Below, one piece after another: positions 38,829 to 50,248 of a stretch of 64,000 nucleotides of DNA (positions within the stretch are counted from its first letter, which is position 1; every line of letters starts with the position of its first letter). The DNA comes from Eremomyces bilateralis CBS 781.70. Taxonomy: Eukaryota. The notes below the pieces were generated by a model, which was given only the letters and a program-made list of their open reading frames with translations, did not search any database and was not told where the DNA came from. Location: NCBI GenBank assembly GCA_010015585.1, contig ML975161.1; one strand, 5' to 3'. The translations under genes and the position numbers were made by a program.

Positions 38829-40834
38829 TTTTGTTCATTGATGGATTCAGAAATACTTTTCGGTTTAATGAGATGGCAAAAGGCATTAGGCAATGAAGAA
38901 ATAGAATTAATATGCTCACATGTCGAGTTAATATGCGTCCGCTCTCAGCATTGGCAGCACGCCAATGGAGAATTCAGGCAGCAGAGACATGCATAATGTC
39001 AGTGTGGCCCACAAGGCTGTGAGGCATAATTATGTGCAAAATGAGGTTAGGGCTCTGGCCGTTCGCGCAGAGTGACGGTTGGGTTATTCCTTCTGTACTG
39101 GGTAGGTAATTATGTGGGTGAGAGATTTCCTACTCCCTCTGGCCAATCACTCCGCTCGCTGTAGCGCTGACAGTATCCATGGTGCATCCGTGCATGGGAG
39201 CGAAGACTGTTTTCGTACGTGCTCAAAGAACCTAGCGTGAGTGATTAAGAGGTGCTAAGCTCTAAGTGAAGAAGACTCTAAATGTAACGGATCAATTGAG
39301 GAAAAGGATTGATTCCTTAGAACTTTGTCGAATTGCTTGGAGAACGAGAAAAAGAGAAGAGAAGCTTCTTCCGAAGTCAGAATTATCTACATGCCGTGGG
39401 CGAACAGGATGGGAAGGCCCATGAGGCAGCAAGGCACCTTCCCAAGGCCACTAGGCCAACAACCATCAGTCTGGGCAACAAGCCCAAGACTGTTAAGTTA
39501 CAGAGAAATGGAAAAGATTAAAGTTCTTCCTTACCTCCCACAATTCATAAGGCTCTCCCAGCCTTGTGCTGTTGCATACGAGGATGCACCACTAGTACAA
39601 GATGTGGAAGAACTCCTCACTGTACAAGTATACGTAGTAGGTATATATGTACCCTGCTAGTGACCAGGGCGATGAATGAAACTTGAGGGGTTTGAACTCC
39701 AACGTCTTCTCTACTTTATCTCAGCCTTGTCCGCAATCGTGTTGACCTTGATCGACTTCCAGCTTCAGAGTTGCGTATGGGTATGTACCTAATCACTACC
39801 TATCGTCTCAGACAAAAAAGGCCGGGGTTTGGAGTTTAGACAAACCTCGCTTATCTAGGCTAGAGATTTCAATGAATATGGGCAGTGACAAACCTTTCGT
39901 CAATAAATTGATGGCCTTGCCTTATATTTAACTAGTAATCTTAGCAAACATGCCTTTTTAGGTATTATACCGAAATTGTTACACAAAAAAACACACCTGT
40001 TTTCGCAGGGTTCTAGTACCAGTCCATGTAACAGAAGAAAAGCGATCTAGAATTTGGACACGGAGAGAGGATTATATATAGAGATTTGGCGACCCACCCG
40101 TTAGATAACAGGGGTGGCCGAGTGGGAATCTGAACCACCTGAAATACTGGATTTTAGGAAAGCTCAATTAAGTTTTAACAGAACTTAAACCGATTACTTG
40201 GCAACCGGACGAAGTCTGCACTCATTCTATGCTCTCCGAAGCACTACTGTAGTCTGATTTCGATGAATGTTGAATCTGCCCCTCAAGTTTCCTTTCAGCC
40301 ATCATCATTTTCCTGTACCTGAATATTTGGTGCATATTCCGATCGATGCGGACATGGGATTCAAGGTCAGAAAGACTTCCTCGCTGCACCGGCGATCACT
40401 ATGATTGTTCACCCGCAGTCTAAATCAACCTATATTAGTCCGGCTTCCCCATAACCGCTCGAACCGATACACCCAAAACATGCACCAGAGCTGGTAGGAT
40501 TGTGGACATGTGTATCTCTAGACAGCCATAATTAATCACCACTCCAGGTAATGTTAAAGTGCGCCTGTGAGGATGGACCAAACGTGGTTGCTATTTCGTG
40601 CTCGTCTTGCGGGCATCTTAGATGTGGCAGTTGCCCTGTTACCTATGCCCCAAAATGACAGGAATCTGATGGGAGAGAACGTCATCGAGCGCTTGTGAAT
40701 CCGGTTGGAATCCGACGAGTTAAACAAAAGCTCCATGTCATCCTTAGATCCACTTTTTACTACTCGCAGCATATACGCATTTCCACCGACGATACGGGAG
40801 CGGTCTACATATTTCTAAAAGTATCAATTCGGGT

Positions 40835-40953
40835 ACATACGGCCACATCAACTTGAATATAGGGCATCCCGTCCGCTCTGCCGTACTCAAGCAGGTTAGA
40901 GATAGAATAGTACTACGGTGGGTGACCACGTGGGAACTCCTATTGCTGTATGT
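40835..40953 (+). rRNA. 5S rRNA gene, copy 1 (119 nt) followed by oligo-T terminator
   Basis: ACATACGGCCA...AGGGCATCCCGTCCGCTCTGCCGTACTCAAGC...TAGTACTACGGTGGGTGACCACGTGGGAACTCC...TGTATGT+TTTT. Terminal helix ACATAC/GTATGT. Confidence 0.93.
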
Positions 40954-41040
40954 TTTTTTTTAATGACCATTATGTCAAGTTTTTCAGTGGGCGGAATGGA
41001 TTTATGGTCGTTTATGATGCGAAAAGCTTCAACTTATAGT

Positions 41041-41159
41041 ACATACGGCCACATCAACCTGAATATAGGGCATCCCGTCCGCTCTGCCGTACTCAAGCAG
41101 GTTAGAGATGGAATAGTACTACGGTGGGTGACCACGTGGGAACTCCCATTGCTGTATGT
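41041..41159 (+). rRNA. 5S rRNA gene, copy 2 (119 nt) followed by oligo-T terminator
   Basis: Identical to copy 1 except at three positions. Same terminal helix and T tract. Confidence 0.93.
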
Positions 41160-41234
41160 TTTTGTTTTTGTTTTTGTTGACACGGTCTGGATGCGCAAGG
41201 TCTGCGATTACCAAGTTCCATTAATCTAAACTGA

Positions 41235-41253
41235 AGAGAGAGAGAGAGAGAGA
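41235..41253. repeat. (AG)n microsatellite
   Basis: agagagagagagagagaga seen directly. Confidence 0.9.
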
Positions 41254-41469
41254 AGAAATCTCCCGGCACCTTTGTGCGCGAGATAGCGACTCTCCTCTCC
41301 AATGCCCTAATGCTGTGTTACCATGTTTGTTTGCTTCTCTGATATAATCCACCAGCCACGTCTTCAGCCACAACCAAGGGAACAGGCCGCAGGCCTGGGA
41401 CCATAACAATTGTTTTGTTTATATTTGCAGATTGCTAGGCTTATGTAGTGAAAGGCTTCACTTCCTAAT

Positions 41470-41492
41470 ACATACGGCCATATCAACCTGAA
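41470..41492 (+). pseudogene. 5' fragment (nt 1-23) of a disrupted third 5S rRNA gene
   Basis: ACATACGGCCATATCAACCTGAA matches copy 2 at 22/23. It carries the same upstream motif as the intact copies. Similarity ends abruptly at 41492. Confidence 0.88.
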
Positions 41493-41675
41493 CAAAACGA
41501 GGACGACGGAGCAAATCCATCCATTTCGTGAGGGCAAGACCCTACGAAAACTGCTTTGCCCCTGCAAAATTAGCCGCTTCTACTCTCAAACGATAGGGAC
41601 GGGAAGGAGTGTGAATAGGGTGTAGGGGTGAGTAGATAGACGGGACCTGTATGGACATTAGGCTCCTAGCGTTTA

Positions 41676-42157
41676 TCTCAGTTGGGACTCAGACAGGATC
41701 TGCAAGATGCTTGTGGCGGTGCAGGCATCTTTCAGATGCCGTCTGAGGGCCTTTTGCAAGCATTTTGGTGGGCGCGTAGGTCAAAGAGCGAATTTGGCCC
41801 CTACAGTGCACTAAACCCCACCAAAATTCACGACCAGAGTCTCTCCAAAAGTTCAACTACGCGTGCCCTTCGAAACCGCCGATGCTAATCCTTTATTGTA
41901 GGCTTATTTCGATATATTTTTTAACATACTATAAAAGAGTGGGTTCTTTTACCCTTTACCTAGCCTCGCGTAAACTTTCGAGTACTGAAAGTTAAAATGG
42001 TTGACTGAAACGGCTGGGAACTCTGAAAACTTCAACTACGCGTCCACACAAATCTTACAAATGGACCTCAGACGGCATCTAAAGATGCCTTGCCTGCACC
42101 GCCACACTATAGTCACTTGCAGCGTCTGAAGATACCGTCTGAGCTTGCTTGCTGAGA
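41676..42157. mobile_element. MITE-like element (~480 bp) with ~110-bp imperfect inverted arms
   Basis: Left TGTGGCGGTGCAGGCATCTTTCAGATGCCGTCTGAGG (~41712-41748) versus right CCTCAGACGGCATCTAAAGATGCCTTGCCTGCACCGCCACA (~42066-42106). Similarity extends both ways to the termini TCTCAG/CTGAGA. No ORF. Confidence 0.75.
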
Positions 42158-42818
42158 AGTTGTGGTCGGGTCAATCTGGTCGTCGTCCCAAATAGGCCTC
42201 TGGCCTAAATGGGCTCCGCTCCCCATGCTGACCGAGCCCAATCCGGCTCCTTAACCCAACTAGCCTTCCATCCTAGTCTAGAACTAGCCTCACGAAATAG
42301 ACCCAGGCTCCCAGGCAATATGTAGCAAGGTGCCCCTGTTGATTTCAATGCCATGGAACAATCCTATGCCCATAACAATGGTGGACAAATCTCAAATGCT
42401 GATCCCCATGCTTAGAATATGCCTACTTTGCACTTACGAATTCTTTCCTACTATCTCCATCCTTGAATGATATCATCTATTGCCGACCTCTGGTTATCCT
42501 GGTCTATCGAATGGGAAAGACCGTCTTAGGTTGCCTAGTGCACTTGCCTAGTGCACTTGCCTAGCAGTATTAGGCTCCGCGGTCGTTCTCCCCAAACATT
42601 CCCACGCACCGCAGCAATAGAGCATTCCAGCAGCAACTCTCCAGTCCACGTTTCTCCAGCATTTAAATCGTGGAGTATGGCATTCCAGCGTCGAAGTCCC
42701 AACGTTAGCAACAACCCTCTGGCATATTCGACCTCTTGTGGCGTCATATCCCCGCCGAAAACCTAAGAGCATCCTATCGTCATTCAAGTTTCCGTCGAAA
42801 ACCGTCACAACCTCTCTT

Positions 42819-44094
42819 ATGCCCGCTATCAAAGCTCGCCTTACCCCACCGCTTGGTCACGGAGGCCGCGTTCCAAAGCTTATCGTGCGCCATCCTCACT
42901 ACCCGGACTGCAACACGCTTGTTAAGCTACCCGCCCTAGATGACGGCGACACAGTCGACTACGATGTAGCCCTCATTATCTGCGGCATCATCTCCGACAA
43001 TAGCTGGAGCACCGGCTGGTTCGCTCGCTCTGCCGATGGCAGCAAGGTGTGCAAGCCAGGTGTGCCGTTAGTTGCCTCCGATGGTGACGTCTTCTACTTT
43101 GTCAGCGATTGGAACTGTAAGTCACAGCGATGATTCATTTGCCATGGCCAGGCGCCTCTAACAATAGCTTTCTGCAGACAAATACCCCGTATATGTTTCG
43201 TGGGATCACTGGCGTCTCCCTGGTACCGACGCGGACCTCCCCTCCGCTTTCTCCACCCTCGCGATTGATCCCTCACCGCCCTCACTCCGCAACAGCGGCT
43301 ACGTGGAGGACCTCAAGGGCCGCGACCAGTCGTGCCGGGTGTCGGGCATCATTGACTTCTGTGAACAAGCGCACCTGGTTCCGGCGGGTGAGAGGGAGTG
43401 GTGGGACTCCAATATGGGCGAGAGCAGCGACCTGGAGATTCAATCGGCGCTGAACGGAATACTATTGCGAGCCGACCTCCACCGGTCGTTTGACGCCGGC
43501 ACATGGGTACCGATGGTAAGGGAGGGGGGCCGGCTAGTTGTATACGTGGTGCGAACAGTCGACGTGTCGAACCAGTTCGCCGCGCTGTGGCATAACATCG
43601 AGATGCAAAACCTGGTGGGTGTCGACCGGCGTTGCCTGTTCGCACGTGTCGCGTGGGCGGTACTGTCACTGCATCAAGAGTTTCTCGCCATCCGGCGACT
43701 AGCGAGCGACAACCTGTTGGTGCGGATGAAAGATGGGGAGCTGAAGGAGATGGCGCCTGAAGTGTTCAAGCAGTTTTCGCGCTCGTGATCGAAGAACCCG
43801 AGCCCAACGAAGCGGCCGCGATTGCAGGCGCTTGAAGAGGATGGCGGCGTTATCGTCGATGTGGAGCTGGGTTGGAGTTATGAGGCCGGTGACGAGGACG
43901 CTGACGAAACAAGAAACGACTTGAAGGAGGACAAAGAGCACCAACTCTACGACGCTGACGAATCGGTTCCGTACCACCGCGGCCGCAAACGCTTACGGAG
44001 CCCGGTGCCAGTTCCACCATGCGACCTCGACCTCGACCATCGCTGCATGCCGATAACCCCATCGAAATTGCAGAAGCCCACAGCTGTGCGATAG
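42819..44094 (+). pseudogene. Fungal HNH endonuclease gene (intron 43117-43177) with one in-frame TGA at 43786-43788; may still yield a truncated protein
   Basis: RHPHYP..LPALD..ALIICGIISDNSW; KYPVYVSWDHWRLP; RDQSCRVSG..EQAHLVP..EWWDSN..NGILLRADLHRSFD; LFARVAWAV. Then SRS*SKNPSPTKR continues in frame to 44094. Confidence 0.85.
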
Positions 44095-44204
44095 GGTATG
44101 CTCTCTCATCCGCTTGTCCTCTAGCAGAGCTCTTTTATCTGGTTTAACAAAAACGGTGCGCTTCCCATTCAGGACTGTCATATCGTGTTACGTGAGGCTG
44201 CGCT

Positions 44205-45045
44205 AGGGTCCCCTGCCTCTTGGAAGGTCATCTATTCCATCGTTGAGGGCTGCCCAACTAACTACTGGTGGAATCTTGACACCGCTAAGAGGTGCGTCCC
44301 GGGTTCCGGCGACATCAAGTGCGTCAACGCATTCAACTTTACGATTCCCCCAGGGGTCAAGAATGGCGATGCGATTTTCGCCTGGACCAAGTTCAAGAAC
44401 CTCGGTGAGCGCGAAATGTATATGAACTGTGCTGCCGTGACAATCACCGGTGGTCAAGACAAGCTCAATGAGCTTCCGCTTCTGTTCGTCGCGAACATCG
44501 GCGAGATTTCCGGATCTTGCGGGACCACTCAATCCGTGAACGTCGACTTCCCCAACCCAGGCAAGTACGTCACTACAAAGAAGCCCGCTGGTCCCGCTCA
44601 ATCCAGTTCCCAATCACGGTCCCATCGAACTGCGGCGCTGCTAAGGCTCCCGCTGGTAACAATCCCCCTGGTGGCGTCTTCGCTCCCGGTGCCTCTTCCG
44701 CCGCACCCTCGGCCTCTCCCTCTTAACGCTGCCCCCGAGCAGCAACCCGCAGTCCCCACTACTGCGCCGGTCTCTTCAAAACCTTCGCCCGCGGCAGCCC
44801 AACCGCCACTTGCTCCGGCCAAGCCTGTTCCTGCCGCCCCTGTCGCTAATCCGCAATGTTCGTGCGCAGCCGGCCAGGTCCCATGCTCGGAGACCGGATT
44901 TTACTGCATCGATGGTACGACCTTTGGGCAGTGTGCCTGGGGATTCGCGACGCCGATGACTATGGCGGAGGGTACGAAGTGTGAGGCGAATACTGTGACC
45001 TGGTCTATGCGACCATTAATGAGGAAACATACACTCCTCTTATAG
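44205..45045 (+). pseudogene. 5'-truncated AA11 lytic polysaccharide monooxygenase with C-terminal Cys-rich module
   Basis: WKVIYSIVEGCP, FTIPPGVKNGDAIFAWT..NLGEREMYMNCAAVTITGG, LFVANI, DFPNPG. Linker GGVFAPGA is in a shifted frame. C-terminal CSETGFYCIDGTTFGQC..MAEGTKC. No signal peptide or N-terminal His. Confidence 0.8.
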
Positions 45046-45141
45046 AGCTACCGTCTGTGTGCCCGACGGGCCATCACGGAAGACAACGTCTGAGCATATG
45101 TGTAGGCTACACCTAGCAGTGCTGGGGAATCAGCTTGAGCC

Positions 45142-46650
45142 TCACACTTCATCGTCATTGGGTCCATCCAGGTTAATCGGCCCCAGCGTAACGCTAGGGC
45201 TGTGAGTCGATGAAGCGACAAGAGTGAGCTTGTCTCGTTGATATCCTCGAGTGTCCCACGGAGGCGGCGAAGAGGAAACGGACGGATACAAGGCACCAGG
45301 ATGAGTCGGGATAGAGGTCGTGCGCTTGCCCTGGTTGTCGACCAAGGGAAAAGTTTGGGTGGGAGAATCTCGGCTCTCATAGTCCCGCTTGTAGCCCGTC
45401 GGCGATTCCCAATTCTCGTTGTTGAGGAGCAGCCTTGCAACGTCGAGCCGATTATCCATAGACAGGGCTAAGCGAGGCATGGCCAGCTGTTGAGACCAGG
45501 CGTCCCCAAGATAGTGAAGAATGCCGCCAATCTCACGGTCCCCAATTCCCTTGACCCACCAGAGGTCATCTATCGTCTTCATGAATATCAGGTAGTGGGC
45601 GAGGATGATGAGGGCGCGGGGCTGACGTTGGCGGCCAAGTTCGACAAAGGCCTCGGGGATGAAAGTGGACCAGGTGAGGATGCGGAGGGTCACGATGGGG
45701 CTAAGACCTTCTGAAAGCGCAGAATAGAGGGATCCGAGATACTTAAGAGTGGTGTAGTATGTGCCAATGTCGGAATACTCTGGATCGTCCATCTTAATGG
45801 AGGAAATGACGGAGAGCAAGTCGCTGGGGATATGGAAGGCGGCTTCATTCAGGTCGATGGAGGGTCTGAGGAACAGTTCGGCCATGCCCAACTCCCAGAG
45901 TCTCCGAGGACTCACCATGTCTATCATGAGACTGATACCTCTCCAGACGACCATCCAGTCCACGATGTGCAGTTCGCTGGTGCTCTCTTCGCGAAACATT
46001 TGGGATGACAGATTTGTGATAAGCAAGGAGCACGCTATGAGAGCCGGGAATGTCTCGGGCCTGGCCTTGTTGATGGCCATCCGGTAACCCTCGAGGGCAC
46101 GGACACGATAGCGGACAGCGCGGGAGGGCTGGATGTCCTGATTCAGTAACTGGAGTTGTAGTGCCGAGGTGGCCAGCAGGCAATCCATCAAGAAAGGAAA
46201 TTCAAAGGCATGGCGAGGTATCTTGACTTTCAAGATGTCGTCGATCCGCTTTGCCCTCCCATCTTGGATGGCAAAACAGTACCTATAGGTGGTAGTGGTG
46301 TAGAACCACAGCAGCTTCATGTCAACGGCATCCCTCTCAGACGAAGGCATGAAAAGTGGTTCGTAAGTTAGGGTGGTAAGAATTTCATGGTCGCTGATTC
46401 CTGGTGAGCTGGATGCGGCCGAAGAAGACCAAGACGTTGATTCTTGCTGAGATGGTGAGGAACCGTGGTAGACACAGGCAGTGTTGCGCAAGATGCATCT
46501 GCGACAAGTCGGACGAGACTCATCGCACTTGACCTTGCGGGATTTGCAGGCTTTGCATCCCGTCCGTGACTTTCTATGAGGCCTTTTGGGGTAGAAGGGC
46601 TTCTCATCGGGGAGTGTGGTCTGCTCGGTAGCTTCCACGAGAGTTATCAT
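45142..46650 (-). CDS. Zn2Cys6 transcription factor (Upc2-like), ~502 aa, intronless
   Basis: KRPHRKSRTGCKACKSRKVKCDESRPTCRRCILRNTACVY; DMKLLWFYTT; AFEFPFLMDCLLATSALQL; QPRALIILAHY. Uninterrupted ORF. Confidence 0.93.
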   Translation of the reverse strand: MITLVEATEQTTLPDEKPFYPKRPHRKSRTGCKACKSRKVKCDESRPTCRRCILRNTACVYHGSSPSQQESTSWSSSAASSSPGISDHEILTTLTYEPLFMPSSERDAVDMKLLWFYTTTTYRYCFAIQDGRAKRIDDILKVKIPRHAFEFPFLMDCLLATSALQLQLLNQDIQPSRAVRYRVRALEGYRMAINKARPETFPALIACSLLITNLSSQMFREESTSELHIVDWMVVWRGISLMIDMVSPRRLWELGMAELFLRPSIDLNEAAFHIPSDLLSVISSIKMDDPEYSDIGTYYTTLKYLGSLYSALSEGLSPIVTLRILTWSTFIPEAFVELGRQRQPRALIILAHYLIFMKTIDDLWWVKGIGDREIGGILHYLGDAWSQQLAMPRLALSMDNRLDVARLLLNNENWESPTGYKRDYESRDSPTQTFPLVDNQGKRTTSIPTHPGALYPSVSSSPPPWDTRGYQRDKLTLVASSTHSPSVTLGPINLDGPNDDEV

Positions 46651-47487
46651 CCTGTATCCGTATACGTCGTTGCGATCATCTGTTAACAATTTCGTTGGAC
46701 GGCATAATAAGACACATGTTTTGCTTTAGCATGCGGCCTGTAATTATCAAGTATCTGAAGTCTCCTGTCTCCCGCATTCGCAACGCCCGGTCCCTGTCCA
46801 GATCGCATACAGGGGCCCTTCGCACTCGCTTAACCGCAGATGCGAAGCTTGGGGCCAATCGGAACAAGTACCAGCGATGCCTGCGCAGTTCGGACGAGTA
46901 CCCTGAGGCCTGAACTAGGTAGTCTCCACTAATGACTATTTCAACTTCTATGCCCAACGATACTGCCACAATGCGCATCAAATGCGAGAGTTAATACGAG
47001 CGAGTTTCGCAACCCTACAGTCACCGGCTCTTTTGTGCGTGACACATACTAGGGTTGTCGTGTCGAATGTCGGAACACTCTTGTAAGTGGTAGGCGAGTG
47101 AGAAAGGGCTACAAGTTGCGCTCCAGTCAGAGATTGGAAAGTGAGTGCGAAGTCGTAGGCGAGGACCTTGGAGTCTGTGGTTGCTGTCTATCGACAACAT
47201 GGCGCTCAGATCATTGCTTGGTCTTGTTCCGATCTGACCATTGATATATAAGAGATACGGTATGCTTCGTTCCCATGATCTTGGTTATGCTTAATTACGA
47301 AGCGTATCTCCTCATCTTGGTGCCAACATCTCTGCGGCGTTGGCGTTTCTACCTTGTTGCTACATGTCCAAGGATTTGGTGTTGTCGAAGGGTATACAAT
47401 AGAGACGAGGAGATATACGAATCTCTTAACATCGACACTAGTTCACTACTCAGTTGATCCAACTCGACGAATTGGTTCCAGCTCACC

Positions 47488-48622
47488 ATGGACGCTGAAA
47501 CGGCAACATCATCTGGCATACCTCCGGAAAATCTTCACCAACTTCCCAACGGGACCTACGTTCACCGCGGCATGTTCAACTCCTTCGGTCCTGGCGCGAA
47601 CTGTACCCTTGATCTCTGCCCCATTGAATGGACCGTCTACCAGTATCGCCCGAACTTGCCCGTCAGCATTGTCTTCATGGCTCTCTATGCCATTGCCCTG
47701 ATCATCCATATCTACCTCGGCCTCCGCTGGCGCAGCTGGGGTTTCATGACCTTCATGGTCATTGGCTGCCTATACGCCATCATCGGCTATGGCGGTCGAG
47801 TCATTCTTTGGACAAACCCATGGTCGTTTGCCGGTTTCATGATCCAGATGGTCTGCATCACTGGGACACCGGTATTTTTTACGGCTACCATCTACGTGAC
47901 ACTATCCAGAGCGTACGCCTCGTTCTCTCTACTACTCTCTTCAGAGACACCATACTTCCACTTATGAGATTGAAACTAACAATACACCAGCATTCGCTTC
48001 TTTGCCCTCGAAATCTCCCGTCTCCCGCCGCGGCTCTTCTACTGGCTGTTCATCTCTGCCGATATATTGTGTCTGGCCCTTCAAGCCATCGGAGGCGCCC
48101 TCACATCGACCTCCAGCGGTTCCTCCCAAATAGGGGTCGACATCGCCATGGCCGGCCTCATCCTGCAGGTCATTATCCTGGTCATCTTCTGCGGCTTCTT
48201 CGTCGACTACATGATTCGCTACGTCAAATTGCAGAGGTCCCGCATGAGAAGTAAGAAGAACACCATCGCCACGCGCCAGCGCCTTTTCTTTGGAGGGCTT
48301 GCGTCGGCCATTATCCTGATTCTAGCGAGGTGCGCCTATCGTGTTGATGAGCTCAGTCAGGGGTACAGCGACTCTACCAAAATCACGGATGAGCAATTGT
48401 TTATCGGATTGGAGGGGGTGTAAGTTCCATCTCAGTTTTATTGAACTGCATGAAAAGACGCGCTGATTGTGATATAGCTTAATTTATGTTTCCGTCATTT
48501 CTCTCTTCATCGGACACCCTGGATTTGGGTTCGAAGGAACTGGCCCTGAGCATGACTGCCCAAGCGTCGAGAGCGGCGAGGAAATGATGAGACCTAAGGA
48601 ACATGATGGAAGTGACGCATAA
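47488..48622 (+). CDS. RTA1/RSB1-family lipid-translocating exporter; introns 47913-47990 and 48420-48477
   Basis: CTLDLCPIEWTVYQYRPNL, IGYGGRV, FMIQMVCITGTPVFFTATIYVTL, DILCLALQAIGGAL, IAMAGLILQV, RCAYRVDELSQGY, LEGV..HPG. Intact after splicing. Confidence 0.93.
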
Positions 48623-49189
48623 AGACACTCGAGGGGTCTGCTAATTGCCGCGTCTTGGTGACGAGAGAGAAAACTGAAAGGTCCCTCTGTTAGAATTGAC
48701 AATTGCAGGTCGTCTGGTTTCCCTTGCCTCACTACCACGCACTTCTCCATCGGCCTCTCGTACCCACCGTGATCGAGCCAGGATTCCACCCTCTGCAGGA
48801 TATCGAATGCTTAGACTCTTCGCCTATGCGTTAGCCGAAAACGAAATGGCGCTCTAGCGAACGCAACCCGTCACATGCAATTCGGGTTCGGACGTTTCTT
48901 AGGGCACGTGCTTAGCAACCATACGCATTGCTTCGCAGCCAAAGATGGCCGGCACAGCTTTCTCCACACTCTTCTTTGCGTGTTTTTCTTACCACACGGT
49001 ATTTGATGGCAGGCACTTAGCCACACGCATACTCTCGCACGCTTCCAGCCCCACATCCCCTTACTCCGCACGACCGTAAGCTGCGTCAACTTAAGGGGGT
49101 CACGAGATCATCGGTCGCATGACTAACAAGGAAGCACGCCTGGATTTATTGATCTTCCCCGCTAGAATCAACGTTAACCCCTTCGGCTT

Positions 49190-50160
49190 AGATATAGATA
49201 GCATTGATAGATATTTCGGTGTCAACTGGGTAAAAGATGATATATCCGACCGCTTAATGTATGTCTGACCTCTATTAGCTAGGCCACTCCTACGCCATGA
49301 ACCTCCTTTATCCGCTTCTCCGTAAAACCTCGCAGTTCCCTGATATACCTCCGCCGCCCATTGTCTTCGAAGCGTCCGAAATGCACCGTATGGCACCGTC
49401 CAACGTGCATTTCGCTTCATTTGAAGAGACCAATAATAAGTCATGGATGGGACCCATCTCTATGGCCGATCCAAGCTGGCATTGATCCTTGGTGCCAAAG
49501 GTATAGTTCCTAAAGTTATTGAACCGATTGGAGACAAAGACCTCACATTGTCTGTGTATCCAGGAACTGTAAGTATGGTTTATCATTTGCAAAACCATTA
49601 TTGACATGTCTTAGGTCAACACATAAGTAACGGATACCGTGTTCAAGATGCTACTACTGACATCCTTCATGCGATATGCAAAAACCATGGCAGAATGAGT
49701 CGTCTTTACATGAAACGTTCTCCGGTAGAGTTGCTAACACACCTTAGATATATATACTGGTCTCACTGGGAAGCTTGTCATAGCTGCCATGCAATTCTTA
49801 GGGCGCGATCCAAAGTAGGGCGCATATAGTGCATAATAAGTCAAGTATACCTGTACTTCTACCAGTCGCAACTGGTAATTAATACATAGTCATAGATATA
49901 TAGCTACCAGCCCTGAAATCGAGGAGAAGAACATGAACGGATTCTACTTTAATGACCCGGTAAGTCTGAGATCAACGGAATCGCGTGCGGAAGATTGTCA
50001 TTAGACCGTAGCTAATATATCGAACAGGGTAAACCCAGGAAGGAGACCTCCCAGCCATCAGACTCGAATTTGGAGGCTTCGCTGTGGACTTGAGCACCCG
50101 GATAATTGAGGACAAGCTAGGCAAGGGAACATGTTCTGAAGCCATGGAACAAGGCATAAG
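49190..50160 (+). pseudogene. 5'-truncated short-chain dehydrogenase (retinol-dehydrogenase-like) pseudogene
   Basis: IDRYFGVNW^LGHSYAMNLLYPLLRKTS..IVFEASEMHRMAP, frameshift, LYGRSKLALIL (YxxxK), SVYPGT^VNT, ATSPEIEEKNMNGFYFNDP. Rossmann N-terminus absent; stops and frameshifts present. Confidence 0.8.
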
Positions 50161-50248
50161 AGGTCGAGATGATATAAAAGGAATTTGTTCGTGAGGGAAG
50201 GCTGAAGGGCTTCTAAGCCTCTTGCTGCAGACGCACGAAACAGTCCTC

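Noticed and set aside
29485..48622. SUR2 plus RTA1-like exporter as a sphingolipid gene cluster
   Set aside because: They are 16 kb apart, separated by unrelated genes. RTA1 lies in an apparent insertion while SUR2 is a core gene.
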